From Corallococcus sp. RDP092CA (GTDB lineage: Bacteria > Myxococcota > Myxococcia > Myxococcales > Myxococcaceae): 64,000 nucleotides of DNA. Position numbers and translations under genes: made by a program. Shown piece by piece: positions 20,396 through 36,316 of this stretch; the first letter of the stretch is position 1, and every line of letters begins with the position of its first letter. Where the stretch lies: assembly GCF_041903675.1 (NCBI RefSeq), contig NZ_JAYESI010000001.1:160643-224642 (forward strand), read 5' to 3'. The notes beneath the pieces were generated by a model that saw nothing but the letters and a program-made list of their open reading frames with translations, searched no databases and was not told where the DNA came from.

Positions 20396-21790
20396 ATGGC
20401 GTACAGGATGGGCATGCCCCTCAAGGAAGCGCAGAAGACGGAGCGGCTGTTCGGCACGGACGGCGTCCGTGGCGTGGCCAACGTCTATCCGATGACGGCC
20501 GAGGTCGCGATGAAGCTGGGCCGCGCCCTGGCGTACCTCATCCGCAACGGTCCGCACCGCCACCGCGTCATCGTGGGCAAGGACACGCGCCTGTCCGGGT
20601 ACATGCTGGAGCAGGCCTTGGCCGCCGGCCTCATCTCCATGGGCGTCGACGTGGAGCAGGTGGGCCCGCTGCCCACGCCCGGCATCTCCAACCTCACCAC
20701 GTCCATGCGCGCGGACGCGGGCGCGGTGATCTCCGCGTCCCACAACCCGTACCAGGACAACGGCATCAAGTTCTTCTGGCGCGACGGCTTCAAGCTGCCG
20801 GACGAGACGGAGGCGAAGATCGAGGAGCTGGTCTCCAGCGGAGAGATCGACAACATCCGCCCCACGGCGACGAAGATTGGCCGGGCCATCCGCCTGGACG
20901 ACGCGCGCGGCCGCTACATCGTCTACCTGAAGGCCACGTTCCCCCGCGAGCTGACGTTGGAGGGGATGACCATCGTGGTGGACTGCGCCAACGGCGCGGC
21001 GTACCGCACGGCGCCGGCGGTGCTGGAGGAGCTGGGCGCGAAGGTCATCGCGCTGGGCGTGTCCCCGGACGGCAAGAACATCAACCACAAGTGCGGCGCG
21101 CTCCACCCGGAGGGCCTGGCCAAGGCGGTGGTGAAGCACGGCGCCCACCTGGGCGTCGCGCTGGACGGTGACGCGGACCGCCTCATCGTGGTGGACGAGA
21201 AGGGCAACGTCGTGGACGGCGATGCCATCATGGCCATCTGCACGGGCGAGCTCGTCGCGCGCAAGGAGCTGAAGAAGAAGACGCTCGTCGCCACGGTGAT
21301 GAGCAACATCGGCCTGGAGCGCGCGGTGTCCCGGTGGGGCGTGAAGGTGGCCCGCACGCGCGTGGGCGACCGGCACGTCGTGGATGAGATGCGCCGCAAC
21401 GGCTACAACCTGGGCGGTGAGCAGAGCGGCCACCTCATCTTCCTGAACCACACCACCACGGGCGACGGCACGCTCGCGGCGCTCCAGCTGCTGGCCGTGA
21501 TGTGCCGCCAGCAGAAGCCGCTGTCGGAGCTGGCCGCCATCTTCCAGCCGGTGCCGCAGACCCTGCTCAACGTCGTGGTGAAGCAGAAGCGCGAGCTGGG
21601 CGAGCTGCCCACGGTCATGAAGGCCATCAAGAACGTGGAGCAGAAGCTGGGCAGCGCCGGCCGCGTGCTGGTGCGCTTCTCCGGCACGGAGCCCAAGGCC
21701 CGCGTGCTGATTGAAGGCGAGGACGCGGCGCGCAACGAGGCATACGCCCGCGAAATCGTCGAGGCGCTCTCCAAGGCGCTCAACGGCTAG
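20396..21790 (+). CDS. glmM: Phosphoglucosamine mutase
   Basis: LFGTDGVRG and [15 protein letters not shown] active-site motif. RBS GAAAGGTGGAG upstream. Confidence 0.9.
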   Translation: MAYRMGMPLKEAQKTERLFGTDGVRGVANVYPMTAEVAMKLGRALAYLIRNGPHRHRVIVGKDTRLSGYMLEQALAAGLISMGVDVEQVGPLPTPGISNLTTSMRADAGAVISASHNPYQDNGIKFFWRDGFKLPDETEAKIEELVSSGEIDNIRPTATKIGRAIRLDDARGRYIVYLKATFPRELTLEGMTIVVDCANGAAYRTAPAVLEELGAKVIALGVSPDGKNINHKCGALHPEGLAKAVVKHGAHLGVALDGDADRLIVVDEKGNVVDGDAIMAICTGELVARKELKKKTLVATVMSNIGLERAVSRWGVKVARTRVGDRHVVDEMRRNGYNLGGEQSGHLIFLNHTTTGDGTLAALQLLAVMCRQQKPLSELAAIFQPVPQTLLNVVVKQKRELGELPTVMKAIKNVEQKLGSAGRVLVRFSGTEPKARVLIEGEDAARNEAYAREIVEALSKALNG

Positions 21791-21891
21791 CGACAGCGGT
21801 TGACTTCCGGGCGCCGGCCACGAATAGAGGGGCCGGCGCGGGCCCGGGCCTTCGGACAATCCCGCACCGCGCCAGCGCAAGGAGCGGGACG

Positions 21892-22617
21892 ATGGGACAG
21901 CGACTGGGTGTCAACGTGGATCACGTGGCGACGCTGCGGCAGGCGCGGCGCACCGTGTATCCGGATCCCGTGACGGCCGCGGCGATGGCGGAGCTGGCCG
22001 GCGCCCGGCAGATCACCATCCACCTGCGTGAGGACCGGCGCCACATCCAGGACCGCGACCTGCGCATCCTCCGGGAGACGGTGCAGACGCTCCTGAACCT
22101 GGAGATGGCCGCCACCGCGGAGATGGTGAAGATCGCCTACGAGTACAAGCCGGACGTGGTGACGCTCGTCCCCGAGCGGCGCGAGGAGCTCACCACCGAG
22201 GGCGGCCTGGAGGTGGCCGGCCAGCGCGAGTCCATCGCGAAGATCATCAAGAACCTCAAGGACGGGGAGATCGCCGTCTCGTTGTTCATCGACCCGGACC
22301 TGGACCAGGTGCGCGCGGCGCACAAGGTGAACGCGGACCGGGTGGAGCTGCACACGGGCCGCTACTGCGAGGCGCGCAACGAGAAGGAGCGCGCGCGGGA
22401 GCTGGCGCGCATCGTGGACGCGGCCAAGGCGAGCGCCAAGCTGGGCATGGGCGTGGCCGCCGGCCACGGGCTCAACTACGACAACGTGCAGGACATCGCG
22501 CGCATCCAGGAGATCGACGAGCTGAACATCGGCCACGCCATCGTGGCGCGCGCGGTGCTGGTGGGCTTCGAGCGCGCGGTGCGCGAGATGCTCGAGCTGA
22601 TGCGCGACCCGGGGTAG
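21892..22617 (+). CDS. pdxJ: Pyridoxine 5'-phosphate synthase
   Basis: [16 protein letters not shown]-terminal signature. About 241 aa. Confidence 0.9.
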   Translation: MGQRLGVNVDHVATLRQARRTVYPDPVTAAAMAELAGARQITIHLREDRRHIQDRDLRILRETVQTLLNLEMAATAEMVKIAYEYKPDVVTLVPERREELTTEGGLEVAGQRESIAKIIKNLKDGEIAVSLFIDPDLDQVRAAHKVNADRVELHTGRYCEARNEKERARELARIVDAAKASAKLGMGVAAGHGLNYDNVQDIARIQEIDELNIGHAIVARAVLVGFERAVREMLELMRDPG

Positions 22618-22623
22618 GACCGT

Positions 22624-22998
22624 ATGCCCATCGTCGGCCTGGGGTTGGACCTCTGCTCCATCGAGCGCATCCAGCGCATCCTCGACGGTCCGCGCGCGGA
22701 CGCGTTCCTGAAGCGCGTCTACACGGACGGCGAGCGGGCGTACTGCGCGCCCCGGCACGACGCGGCCAGCGCGTACGCGGCGAGGTTCGCGGCGAAGGAG
22801 GCGCTGGTGAAGGCGATGGGCGTGCCTCCGGGCGTGAAGTGGCGGGACATGGAGGTGGTGCGCGAGGGCGGCCCGCCGCGCTTCGTGCTCTCCGGGGTGG
22901 CCCGCGAGGTGATGGAAGCGCGAGGATGGGAGGCGATGCTCGCGCTCACCCATGATGCCGGCGTGGCCGCGGCCACGGTGGTGCTCCAGACGAAGTAG
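22624..22998 (+). CDS. acpS: Holo-ACP synthase
   Basis: IVGLGLDLCSIERI motif. 124 aa. Directly follows pdxJ. Confidence 0.85.
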   Translation: MPIVGLGLDLCSIERIQRILDGPRADAFLKRVYTDGERAYCAPRHDAASAYAARFAAKEALVKAMGVPPGVKWRDMEVVREGGPPRFVLSGVAREVMEARGWEAMLALTHDAGVAAATVVLQTK

Positions 22999-23012
22999 GG
23001 AGGGAGGAACCC

Positions 23013-24545
23013 ATGCAGCGCGTGCTCACCGCGAACCAGATGCGAGAGGCCGAGAAGGCCGCCCAGGACCAGCACGGGATGCCGTCCGGGTTGTTGATGG
23101 AGAACGCGGGCCGCGCGCTCGCGGAGGCCGCCCGAGGCGTCGCGGGCCCGGGGGGGCGCTTCACGGTGCTCTGCGGCCCCGGCAACAACGGCGGGGACGG
23201 CCTGGTCGCCGCGCGCTTCCTCCTGGAGGGCGGCGCCCGGGTGGTGGTGTCGCTGGTGGGGGACCCCGGCAAGCTCACCTCGGAGGCGAAGCGCAACCTC
23301 CAGGCGCTGGAGGGCTTCGGTGAGTCGCCGCGCGCCTTCGAGGCGCTGCCGGAGGCGGGCCCGGGGGACGTGGTGGTGGACGCCCTCTTCGGCACGGGCC
23401 TGAAGCGCGCGCCGGAGGGCGCCTTCGCGGACGCCATCGGCACGGTCGCGCGGTGGCGGCGCGCGGGGGCGAAGGTGGTGGCGGCGGACGTGCCGTCGGG
23501 CCTCCAGAGCGACACGGCGGAGCCCTACACGCCGTGCGTGGAGGCGGACGTCACGGTGGCCTTTGGCTTCGTGAAGCCCGCGCACGAGCTGGAGCCTGGC
23601 GCGTCGCTGTGCGGCGAGGTGCGGCGCGTGGACATCGGCCTGGGCGGCGAGTCCTCGCGCGCGGTGTCCGGCGCGGAGTTGTTCCGGGTGGAGGAGAAGG
23701 ACGCGCGGGAGGCGCTGCCCAGGCGCCGCGCGGACTCGCACAAGGGCACCTACGGCCACGTGCTGGTGGTGGCGGGCAGCCCGGGCAAGACGGGCGCCGC
23801 GGCGATGGTGGCCCTGGCCGCGCTGCGCAGCGGGGCGGGGCTCGTCACGGTGGCGACGCGCCCGGAGGCGCTGACGTGGGTGATGGCGCACTCGCCGGAG
23901 ATCATGGGCCTCCCGCTGCCCGGCGAGGGCCCGCTGGGCAAGGGCGACCTGGAGGCCCTCAAGGCCGCGCTGGAGGGCAAGGACGCGCTGGTGATCGGGC
24001 CGGGCATCCCCCGCGGGCCGGAGACGGGCGCGCTGATTGGCGACCTGCTGGCCTCGGTGGAGATGCCCGCGGTGCTGGACGCGGACGCGCTCAACGCCGT
24101 CGCGGAGGACCTCAAGGTGCTGAGCCAGGCGAAGGGGCCCGTGCTGCTCACGCCGCACCCCGGGGAGATGGCGCGGCTGTGGGGCCGGACGACGAAGGAC
24201 GTGCAGGCGCACCGCGTGGGCGTGGCGCTCAACATGGCCACGTCGCTCAACGTGACGGTGGTGCTCAAGGGCTCGCGCACGCTCATCGCGGAGGCGGGCG
24301 GGCGCGTGTTCATCAACCCCACGGGCAACGCGGGCATGGCCACGGGCGGCACGGGCGACGTGCTGTCGGGCGTGTGCGGCGCGCTGCTCGCGCAGGGGAT
24401 CCCGCTGCCCAAGGCCGCGTGGACGGCCGTGTACGCCCACGGGCTCGCGGGCGACCTGATGGCCCGGCAGCGCGGCTTGATGGGCCTCATCGCCACGGAC
24501 CTGTTGAAGGGCCTGGGCCACGTCTGGGTGCGGTGGGAGCGATGA
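23013..24545 (+). CDS. nnr: Bifunctional NAD(P)H-hydrate repair enzyme (epimerase/dehydratase)
   Basis: YjeF-N (LCGPGNNGGDG) and YjeF-C (GTGDVLSG) motifs. Confidence 0.85.
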   Translation: MQRVLTANQMREAEKAAQDQHGMPSGLLMENAGRALAEAARGVAGPGGRFTVLCGPGNNGGDGLVAARFLLEGGARVVVSLVGDPGKLTSEAKRNLQALEGFGESPRAFEALPEAGPGDVVVDALFGTGLKRAPEGAFADAIGTVARWRRAGAKVVAADVPSGLQSDTAEPYTPCVEADVTVAFGFVKPAHELEPGASLCGEVRRVDIGLGGESSRAVSGAELFRVEEKDAREALPRRRADSHKGTYGHVLVVAGSPGKTGAAAMVALAALRSGAGLVTVATRPEALTWVMAHSPEIMGLPLPGEGPLGKGDLEALKAALEGKDALVIGPGIPRGPETGALIGDLLASVEMPAVLDADALNAVAEDLKVLSQAKGPVLLTPHPGEMARLWGRTTKDVQAHRVGVALNMATSLNVTVVLKGSRTLIAEAGGRVFINPTGNAGMATGGTGDVLSGVCGALLAQGIPLPKAAWTAVYAHGLAGDLMARQRGLMGLIATDLLKGLGHVWVRWER

Positions 24546-24760
24546 GCGGCGCGTCGGACGGGCCGCGCGCGCGGACGCCGTGGCGCGTGTCAGCGCGTCG
24601 GGCGGGCCGTGCGGGTGGGCCGCGGCCTCGTCGCGGCGCGGAGGTCGCGATGAGCGGCGCGGCGGGCGCGCGGACGCCGTGGCGCGTGTCGTCGCGGCGC
24701 GCGGTCGTGCGGGTGGGCCGCGGCCTCGTCGCGGCGCGGAGGTCGCGATGAGCGGCGCGG
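24541..24760 (+). repeat. Tandem direct repeat (about 100-108 bp, 2 full units plus a partial third) duplicating the nnr-stop/tsaE-start junction
   Basis: gatgagcggcgcg...ggcctcgtcgcggcgcggaggtcgc recurs starting at 24541, 24649 and 24747. Confidence 0.7.
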
Positions 24761-25233
24761 CGCAGCCCACGCGCTCCTGGCGGCTCGTGTCTCCGTCTCC
24801 GGAGGAGACGCACCGGCTGGGCGTGAAGCTGGGGGCGCTGCTCCAGCCCGGGGACTTCGTGGGGCTGATTGGCGACCTGGGCGCGGGCAAGACGCACCTG
24901 GCGCGCGGCGTGGCGGAAGGGGCGGGCGTCGCGCGCTCCGAGGTGGCCAGCCCCACCTTCGCCATCGTGTATCCGTACGCGGGCCGCATCCCGCTGTACC
25001 ACGCGGACCTGTACCGCCTGACGGACTACGACGAGCTGTACGCCACCGGGTTCCTGGACCTGGTGGGCGGCGACCACGCGATGCTCGTGGAGTGGCTGGA
25101 CCGCATCCCCCAGGCCGCGCCGCGCGACTTCCTGCGCGTCACGCTCCGCCACGAGGGCGAGGAGGCGCGGAGCCTCGACGTGGAGGCCTTCGGCGCGCGG
25201 CCCGCGGCGCTGCTCGACGCGTGGCTGGGGTGA
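24748..25233 (+). CDS. tsaE: tRNA t6A37 biosynthesis ATPase TsaE
   Basis: GDLGAGKT P-loop. Small size. Conserved position after nnr. Likely start is the ATG of the third repeat unit. Confidence 0.8.
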   Translation: MSGAAQPTRSWRLVSPSPEETHRLGVKLGALLQPGDFVGLIGDLGAGKTHLARGVAEGAGVARSEVASPTFAIVYPYAGRIPLYHADLYRLTDYDELYATGFLDLVGGDHAMLVEWLDRIPQAAPRDFLRVTLRHEGEEARSLDVEAFGARPAALLDAWLG

Positions 25234-25234
25234 G

Positions 25235-26104
25235 TCAGGCCATGGAGTGCTGAGCCGCGGGCCGCGGATTCAGCACGCCGTCCGCCAGCGTCTGCACCTT
25301 CCAGCGGTGGAACACGAGCCGCGCGTCCACGCCCACCACGTCCTCTTCATCCACGGGCACCCAGTGCGGCCCGCCGCACAGCGACTCGCTGGCGACGAGG
25401 AACTGCTGGAGCGGCACGCGCGTGTTCTGCCCGCGCAGCACCTCCGGGCAGCCGCTGAGGCCGGAGGAGATGAAGAGGGTGCGGTTGCGGCGCGTGGCCA
25501 CCATCGCCTCGCCATCCGTGACGAGGAAGTTCATCGCGGAGCGCTCCTTCGGCTCGCGACTTCCCGGCACGTCCGTCATCGCGGACACCAGCGTCATCGT
25601 CTCCGCGAGCGCCTGCGCCATCGCCTCCACGCTCACCGTGCCGTCGAGCGGCCCGCGCGCCGACAGCCGCGACAGGAACAGGTAGAAGCAGCGCTCGCTG
25701 TCCGTGGTGCCCTTGATGTTCACCCGCAGCTCTGGGTGGATGAGCGCCTCCACGGCGGCCTTGTGCTTCGCGAACTCGCGCAGCGTGCCGTTGTGGACGA
25801 AGGACCAGCGGCCGAAGTGGAACGGGTGCGAGTTGCGCAGCTCCACCGCGCCCACGCTGGCCAGGCGGATGTGCGCCACGACCGTGCGCGCGGAGACCTG
25901 GCTCGACACGCGCTCGAAGTCGGGGTCGCTGTGCGCGGGCCCTACGCCGTGCGCGACGAGCGGCGAGGAATCCACCCCGTAGGTGGCGATGCCCCAGCCG
26001 TCCTTGTGCTCACGCGACTGGATGAGGAGGGAATTCCTCTCCGTGACAAGGGCGGTGTGGACAGCGGCGGGAACGGCACTCCTGAAACCAAATAATCGGC
26101 ACAT
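25235..26104 (-). CDS. Class II (Ntn) glutamine amidotransferase, YafJ-type
   Basis: MCRLFG N-terminal Cys nucleophile, HIRLAS and NSHPF motifs. Confidence 0.7.
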   Translation of the reverse strand: MCRLFGFRSAVPAAVHTALVTERNSLLIQSREHKDGWGIATYGVDSSPLVAHGVGPAHSDPDFERVSSQVSARTVVAHIRLASVGAVELRNSHPFHFGRWSFVHNGTLREFAKHKAAVEALIHPELRVNIKGTTDSERCFYLFLSRLSARGPLDGTVSVEAMAQALAETMTLVSAMTDVPGSREPKERSAMNFLVTDGEAMVATRRNRTLFISSGLSGCPEVLRGQNTRVPLQQFLVASESLCGGPHWVPVDEEDVVGVDARLVFHRWKVQTLADGVLNPRPAAQHSMA

Positions 26105-26191
26105 GGTGGCAGCTGATCTCTACAACGGCCGGCCCACGACGGAAGTTCCACCTGCCCCCTTGTCCAATGCCGGGTGTTCAGCGGCATCCAA

Positions 26192-27457
26192 TCAGGGGCA
26201 GTGATTCATTCGCGCGCGAAACACCACACGTCCGCCCTTCACCACCACGCGCGCGTGACTGACCCCCAGATGATAAGGCAGATGCCGGTAGTCGCGACAG
26301 GCGAACACCACCAGGTCGCCCGCGTCACCCACGGCCATCCGCCCCTGCCGTTGCAACCCCAAGCACTGCGCGGCCCCGCGGGTGGCGGCCCAGTAGGCCT
26401 CTGCGGCCGACAGGCCGTTCTCCAGGCAGGCGAGCCCCAGCACCAACGCCAGGTTCTCCGTCATGGAGGAGCCCGGATTCACGTTGGAACCCAAAGCAAT
26501 GTTGACGCCCGCGTCGCGCAGCTTCCGGCCGGGCGCGTAGGGGCGCATGCGCAGGAAGAGGGTGGAGGTGGGTACGAGTACGGCGGTGACGTTCGCGGCG
26601 GCGAGCGCGCGGATGCCCTCGTCCGTCACCTGCTCCAGGTGGTCCGCGCTGGCGGCGCCCACCTCCGCGGCGAGCGCGGAGGCCCCGCACGCGGTGAGCT
26701 GATCCGCGTGCAGGCGCGGCGTGAGGCCCAGCGCCTTCGCCGCGTTGAGCAGCCGGCGCGACTCGTCCACGGTGAAGGCGCTGTCCTCCGTGAAGACGTC
26801 GCAGAAGCGCGCCAGGCCCTCGCGCGCCACGGCGGGGAGGATCTCGTTGATGCAGAGGTCCAGGTACTCGGCGCGGCGGTCCTTGTACTCCGCGGGCACG
26901 GCGTGCGCGCACAAGAGCGTGGGCACCAGCTCCAGCGGGGACATCCCGCCCAGCCGGCGCACCGCGCGCAGCATCTTGAGCTCGTCCTCCAGGGAGAGGC
27001 CGTAGCCGCTCTTCACCTCGGCGGTCGTCACGCCCTGCGCGAGCAGCCGCTCCAGGCGGGGCAGGGCGAGCGCGGCCAGCGCCTCCTCGCTCGCGGCGCG
27101 CGTGGCGCTCACCGTGTTGACGATGCCGCCGCCGGCCCTGGCGATCTCCAGGTACGTGGCGCCCTGGTTGCGCAGGTCGAACTCCCGGGAGCGCTCGCCC
27201 GCGAAGACGAGGTGCGTGTGCGGATCCACGAAGCCCGGGCCGACGAAGCCGCCCTCGGCGTCGATGACCTCCGTCGCGTCCGTGAGCGCGCCCTTCGGCA
27301 GGCCGGATTCGGGGCCCACGTAGGCCACGCGGCCGTCCCTCACGCCGATGCCCGCCGCCGGGCGCGGCGTGAGGGCCTCCTCCGCCGGCTGGCGGTGGGT
27401 GCCCTCCACGGTGAGCACCTCGGAGGTGTTGCGCACCCACAGGTCCAGGGCTTCCAT
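26192..27457 (-). CDS. hutI: Imidazolonepropionase
   Basis: GFVDPHTHLVFAG metal-binding motif and HADQ motif. GGAGG RBS ahead of MEALDLW. Confidence 0.9.
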   Translation of the reverse strand: MEALDLWVRNTSEVLTVEGTHRQPAEEALTPRPAAGIGVRDGRVAYVGPESGLPKGALTDATEVIDAEGGFVGPGFVDPHTHLVFAGERSREFDLRNQGATYLEIARAGGGIVNTVSATRAASEEALAALALPRLERLLAQGVTTAEVKSGYGLSLEDELKMLRAVRRLGGMSPLELVPTLLCAHAVPAEYKDRRAEYLDLCINEILPAVAREGLARFCDVFTEDSAFTVDESRRLLNAAKALGLTPRLHADQLTACGASALAAEVGAASADHLEQVTDEGIRALAAANVTAVLVPTSTLFLRMRPYAPGRKLRDAGVNIALGSNVNPGSSMTENLALVLGLACLENGLSAAEAYWAATRGAAQCLGLQRQGRMAVGDAGDLVVFACRDYRHLPYHLGVSHARVVVKGGRVVFRARMNHCP

Positions 27458-27459
27458 CC

Positions 27460-28188
27460 TCAACGTCCTCCGCGTACGCCCGCCAGGGGCGCGTTCCAAC
27501 GGGTGTCACCCGAGTGCGCGCGGCCGAAGCCGCCGGACAGCTCCAGCTTCGTGCGCGACTCGCCGAACTTGAGCTGCGCCGCCACCACGGCGCCATAGAG
27601 GTAGGTGGTCACCTGCGAGCCGGGGTTCACCAGCGACTGCTGCACGCTGACGAACGGCACCAGGCCCAGCGACATGCCGGGCTCCGGCTGCACGGTGAAG
27701 GCGCAGGTGGCCTCCACGCCGAAGAGGCTGCTGGTGCTGTCCGTGTCGCCCAGGCCGAAGTCGGACGCGCCGCGCAGGGAGAGGGCCGGGGCCAGCCCCA
27801 GCCGCTCCGACCCGACGTAGTACGACACCCCCGAGTAGACGCCGTAGCCGGGCACCGGCAGGCCGACGAACTCGCCCTGGAGCCCGAGGTGCCACGACAG
27901 CCGGTCGCTCACGGGCACCGTCACCGAGCCGTCGAGGTCGAGGCCCCACTGCTCGTTGATGAAGGGCTTCGCGTCGCCCTGGAAGGCGCCGTGCTCGCCG
28001 CGCTCCGACAGCTGCGGGGCGTTGAGGCGGGGGCCGGCGCGCACGCCCAACTGGAAGAAGTTCTCCCGGGGCAGGCCCGGGCCCAGGCGCATCACCATGG
28101 GCCCGGCGGTGGTGGGCGTGCAGCCGGCGAGCACCCCCACCCCCGCTGTCATCAGCAACGCTCGGACGCGACGTGGCATCCGGCGCAC
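27460..28188 (-). CDS. Hypothetical lipoprotein embedded in hut operon (possible outer-membrane beta-barrel)
   Basis: VGVLAGC lipobox. Gly/aromatic-rich. Stop lies 2 nt from the hutI start and its start overlaps the hutU stop. Confidence 0.45.
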   Translation of the reverse strand: MRRMPRRVRALLMTAGVGVLAGCTPTTAGPMVMRLGPGLPRENFFQLGVRAGPRLNAPQLSERGEHGAFQGDAKPFINEQWGLDLDGSVTVPVSDRLSWHLGLQGEFVGLPVPGYGVYSGVSYYVGSERLGLAPALSLRGASDFGLGDTDSTSSLFGVEATCAFTVQPEPGMSLGLVPFVSVQQSLVNPGSQVTTYLYGAVVAAQLKFGESRTKLELSGGFGRAHSGDTRWNAPLAGVRGGR

Positions 28189-28189
28189 T

Positions 28190-29845
<1,656 letters not shown>

Positions 29846-30113
29846 GCGGAGTGCTCCTGGAAAGAGGGCGCCAGGAAGGGGCGCTTTGGCGGGCACCCTA
29901 ACCGAACACCGGGGCCGCGGGGGGGCCGGCGTGCGGGGCCGCCGCCACCCTGGAGCCCGCTGGACGCTGTGCGTCAGCAGGCCTTGCGCGCGTCGATGGA
30001 GGCGCTGGCGTGGAGCACGGGGGAGCCCCGGGCGGGCCTTGAAGGGGCTGTCGAGGCCCGCGGGCTGGCTCGGGCCGGTGGTGCGGTAGAGTCGCGCCGC
30101 GCGGAGGTGGGAC

Positions 30114-32474
<2,361 letters not shown>

Positions 32475-32564
32475 GCCCGTCGAGGCTCCAGGTGCTGGGC
32501 TCCAGGCTCCAGGGTGCTCGGGGCTTGCGCCCACGCGCCATTCGCGTGAGCCTCTCGAGGTCCC

Positions 32565-34784
32565 ATGCCGCCGTCGGTTGAAGCCTCCTGGCCAGCGCCG
32601 CTCCTGGCGCTCCACGCTCGCGTCGCCGCCGCGGCGCCGCGAGAGGCCGTGGCGTCGAGCGCGGAGTGGCGCGAGGACTTCGCCCGCTGGGTGCGCGGCG
32701 CTTCGCTGGAGGAGCGCACGCGCGCCCAGGCCGCCGCGTGGGAGCGGCTGTCCCCGGGCGAGCGCACCCCGGCGGAGCTCCTCTTCCTCCTGTCCACCCT
32801 CAGCGAGCTGCTCTGGCCGTATGAAGAGCCGCGCCCCGGGCTCTTGAAGCAGCTGCTCGCGCGCCGGGACGCCGCGGTGACGGCGCTCCGCGACGCGGGC
32901 GATCCGGAGAGCGCGGACCGCGTCCATCGCGAGTCCGCTGTCACCATCTCCACGGTGCTCACGCGCTACCTCAAGCGCCACCCGGAGACGCTGTCGGCGC
33001 TGGTGCGCGACGTGCCCTGCACCTACGACGGCCGCGCGCTGCGCTTCCTGGGCGCGGTGGAGGTGGATCTCAAGTACGTCATGGGCACGGGGGCGAGGTC
33101 GGTGGACCTGCTGGAGCAGCTGCGCTCCCTGCTCCCCGACACGCGCGATGGCGGCCGCGACAAGCTCACCGACTTCATCCGCACGCGCGCGGCCCGCATG
33201 CCGTGGCGCGAGGCCAGTGAAGTGCTGGGCGAGCGCCTCTTCGCGCTGGCCACGTCGCCGGACGGCCGGAGCAGCATGCGCGGCTTCCTCGCGTGCTACC
33301 CCAACGGGCGCAAGGAGCCGGACTGGTGCTCGCGCGCGGGCCTCCTCCTGGCGCGCACGGTGGAGGTGGGCGGGCCGCCCGCGGTGGTGGAGAACCTCTG
33401 CGACCTGCTCACGCTCTTCGACGCGCCCCCGGTGGACGGGCTGCGCGGCGCCCTGGGCGCGCTCGTGCAGAGCGACTTCGAGACGGCCGCGGACCTGGGG
33501 CACGCGCGCTTCGTGCTCGACCACTGCCAGGCCACGATGCGCAAGAGCGAGCCCGCGCTGGCGCTCACGCTCCTGTGGCTGGAGGAGCGCCTGTTCCGCG
33601 CCTCCGTCCGGCGCGGTGTGCCGGAGGCCTTCGAGCGGCGCACTCGCGCTCGCGCGAAGCTGGAGGCGCTGTCCGGCTTCACGCACCTGGTGTGGCTGGC
33701 GGAGGAGTGCGCGGAGATGTGGCCGCGCTTCCGCACGCCCTCGCGTCCCGGGCTGGACGGGCTCGTCGCGTGGCGCGCGGAGGTCGCGCGGCGCATGGGC
33801 AACAAGCCCGTGCTGCGCAAGGCGGCCATCGAGTTCCTCCTGTGGTGCGCGCCGGACGAGGCCTCGTCGGAGGCGGAGCTGGCCACGCTGTCGCTGGTGC
33901 GCACCGCCACGGACCGGCGGCTGGTGCGCCGCATGCTGGAGCACCCGTCCCCCCGGGCCCGCTTCCGCGCCCGCGCGCTCCAGTCCTTCCTCCAGGCCGG
34001 AGCGGGGCAGGGCGCCGCTCCCGTCGAGCCCTCCGAACCCGCGACGCTGACCGGCTCCCTGCGCCACCTGCACGCGACGCGCTCGGTGCCGGTGGGCGGC
34101 CGCACGTGGCTGCGCGACCGCGACCTGGAGGACCTGCTGGTGGGCGCGGTGGGCCGCGTGGAGGCGGAGGCCGCCCAGCACCACCCCCGGCGCTTCCGCG
34201 AGGAGACGCCGGAGCTGATCGCGGGGCTGCTCGAAGGCCTGCGCTCGGAGCTGGAGCGCGTGCAGGCGGACCTGGGGTCGCTGGTGTCATCGCCGCTGTC
34301 GCTGTCCATGGCGGTGCACCGCCACGCCGAGCCTCCGCCGGAAGCCGCATCCGAGGTCGCCTTCGTCGTGTCGGTGGAGCGCGAGGGCTTCGCGCGCACC
34401 CGCCGCGTCGTCCGCGTGCCGGTGGCCAAGCTGGAGCAGCGCGGGGAGGGGCAGTGGCTGCCCACGCTCCGCCTGGGCCGCGAGCGCCTGGACGCGCTGC
34501 TCTCCCGCACCGAGGCCGCCTTCTGCCTCTTCCTGGTGCCCGCCTTCGTGCGCCCGGAGCTGTGGGTGACGCCGGCCCGGCTGGCCCGGGCGTTGATGGA
34601 GGCTCAGGGCGCCCTGTCCGGCGTGCCCCGCGAGGCCGCGCAGGCCGCGTCCCGGCCCCTGGCCCAGTGGCTGGTGTACGACGTGCTGGGCCTGTGGGTG
34701 GGCGATGAGCGCCCCGACGTCATCGACGCCGCCCGCGAGGGAGCCGCCGCCGCGGGCTTCGTGGTGGACGTCACGATCCGCTGA
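32565..34784 (+). CDS. Hypothetical protein (739 aa, Ala/Arg/Leu-rich helical)
   Basis: Long, coherent ORF with coding-like composition. No recognisable motif. Confidence 0.4.
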   Translation: MPPSVEASWPAPLLALHARVAAAAPREAVASSAEWREDFARWVRGASLEERTRAQAAAWERLSPGERTPAELLFLLSTLSELLWPYEEPRPGLLKQLLARRDAAVTALRDAGDPESADRVHRESAVTISTVLTRYLKRHPETLSALVRDVPCTYDGRALRFLGAVEVDLKYVMGTGARSVDLLEQLRSLLPDTRDGGRDKLTDFIRTRAARMPWREASEVLGERLFALATSPDGRSSMRGFLACYPNGRKEPDWCSRAGLLLARTVEVGGPPAVVENLCDLLTLFDAPPVDGLRGALGALVQSDFETAADLGHARFVLDHCQATMRKSEPALALTLLWLEERLFRASVRRGVPEAFERRTRARAKLEALSGFTHLVWLAEECAEMWPRFRTPSRPGLDGLVAWRAEVARRMGNKPVLRKAAIEFLLWCAPDEASSEAELATLSLVRTATDRRLVRRMLEHPSPRARFRARALQSFLQAGAGQGAAPVEPSEPATLTGSLRHLHATRSVPVGGRTWLRDRDLEDLLVGAVGRVEAEAAQHHPRRFREETPELIAGLLEGLRSELERVQADLGSLVSSPLSLSMAVHRHAEPPPEAASEVAFVVSVEREGFARTRRVVRVPVAKLEQRGEGQWLPTLRLGRERLDALLSRTEAAFCLFLVPAFVRPELWVTPARLARALMEAQGALSGVPREAAQAASRPLAQWLVYDVLGLWVGDERPDVIDAAREGAAAAGFVVDVTIR

Positions 34785-35004
34785 CGGCCCGGCGCTCCGG
34801 CGCAGCCGGAACGGCCCCGAAATTGTCCGGGAATATCCAAAAGCCCCGGCGTAAAGCCGGGTGAGGGGTGCTGGAACACACCCGGGAGGGGTCCCGGGCA
34901 CAGGTCCGTCCGTGGGCTGACGGAGATGGCATGCCTCGACAGCCTCCGCGCCTCCTGAGCGCGGTCCACCATCCGTCACCGGTTCCGGGGGGACCGTTTC
35001 CTCA

Positions 35005-36258
<1,254 letters not shown>

Positions 36259-36316
36259 CGCGGGCCCTCGCACAAATCCCGCGCGCGACGGGAGCGGGTG
36301 GCGGAGAATCCGCCGC

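Noticed and set aside
21791-21891. GCGCCGGCC/GGCCGGCGC inverted repeat between glmM and pdxJ as a terminator
   Set aside because: GC hairpin without a following T-tract. It could be an attenuator or an RNA structure, but support is insufficient.
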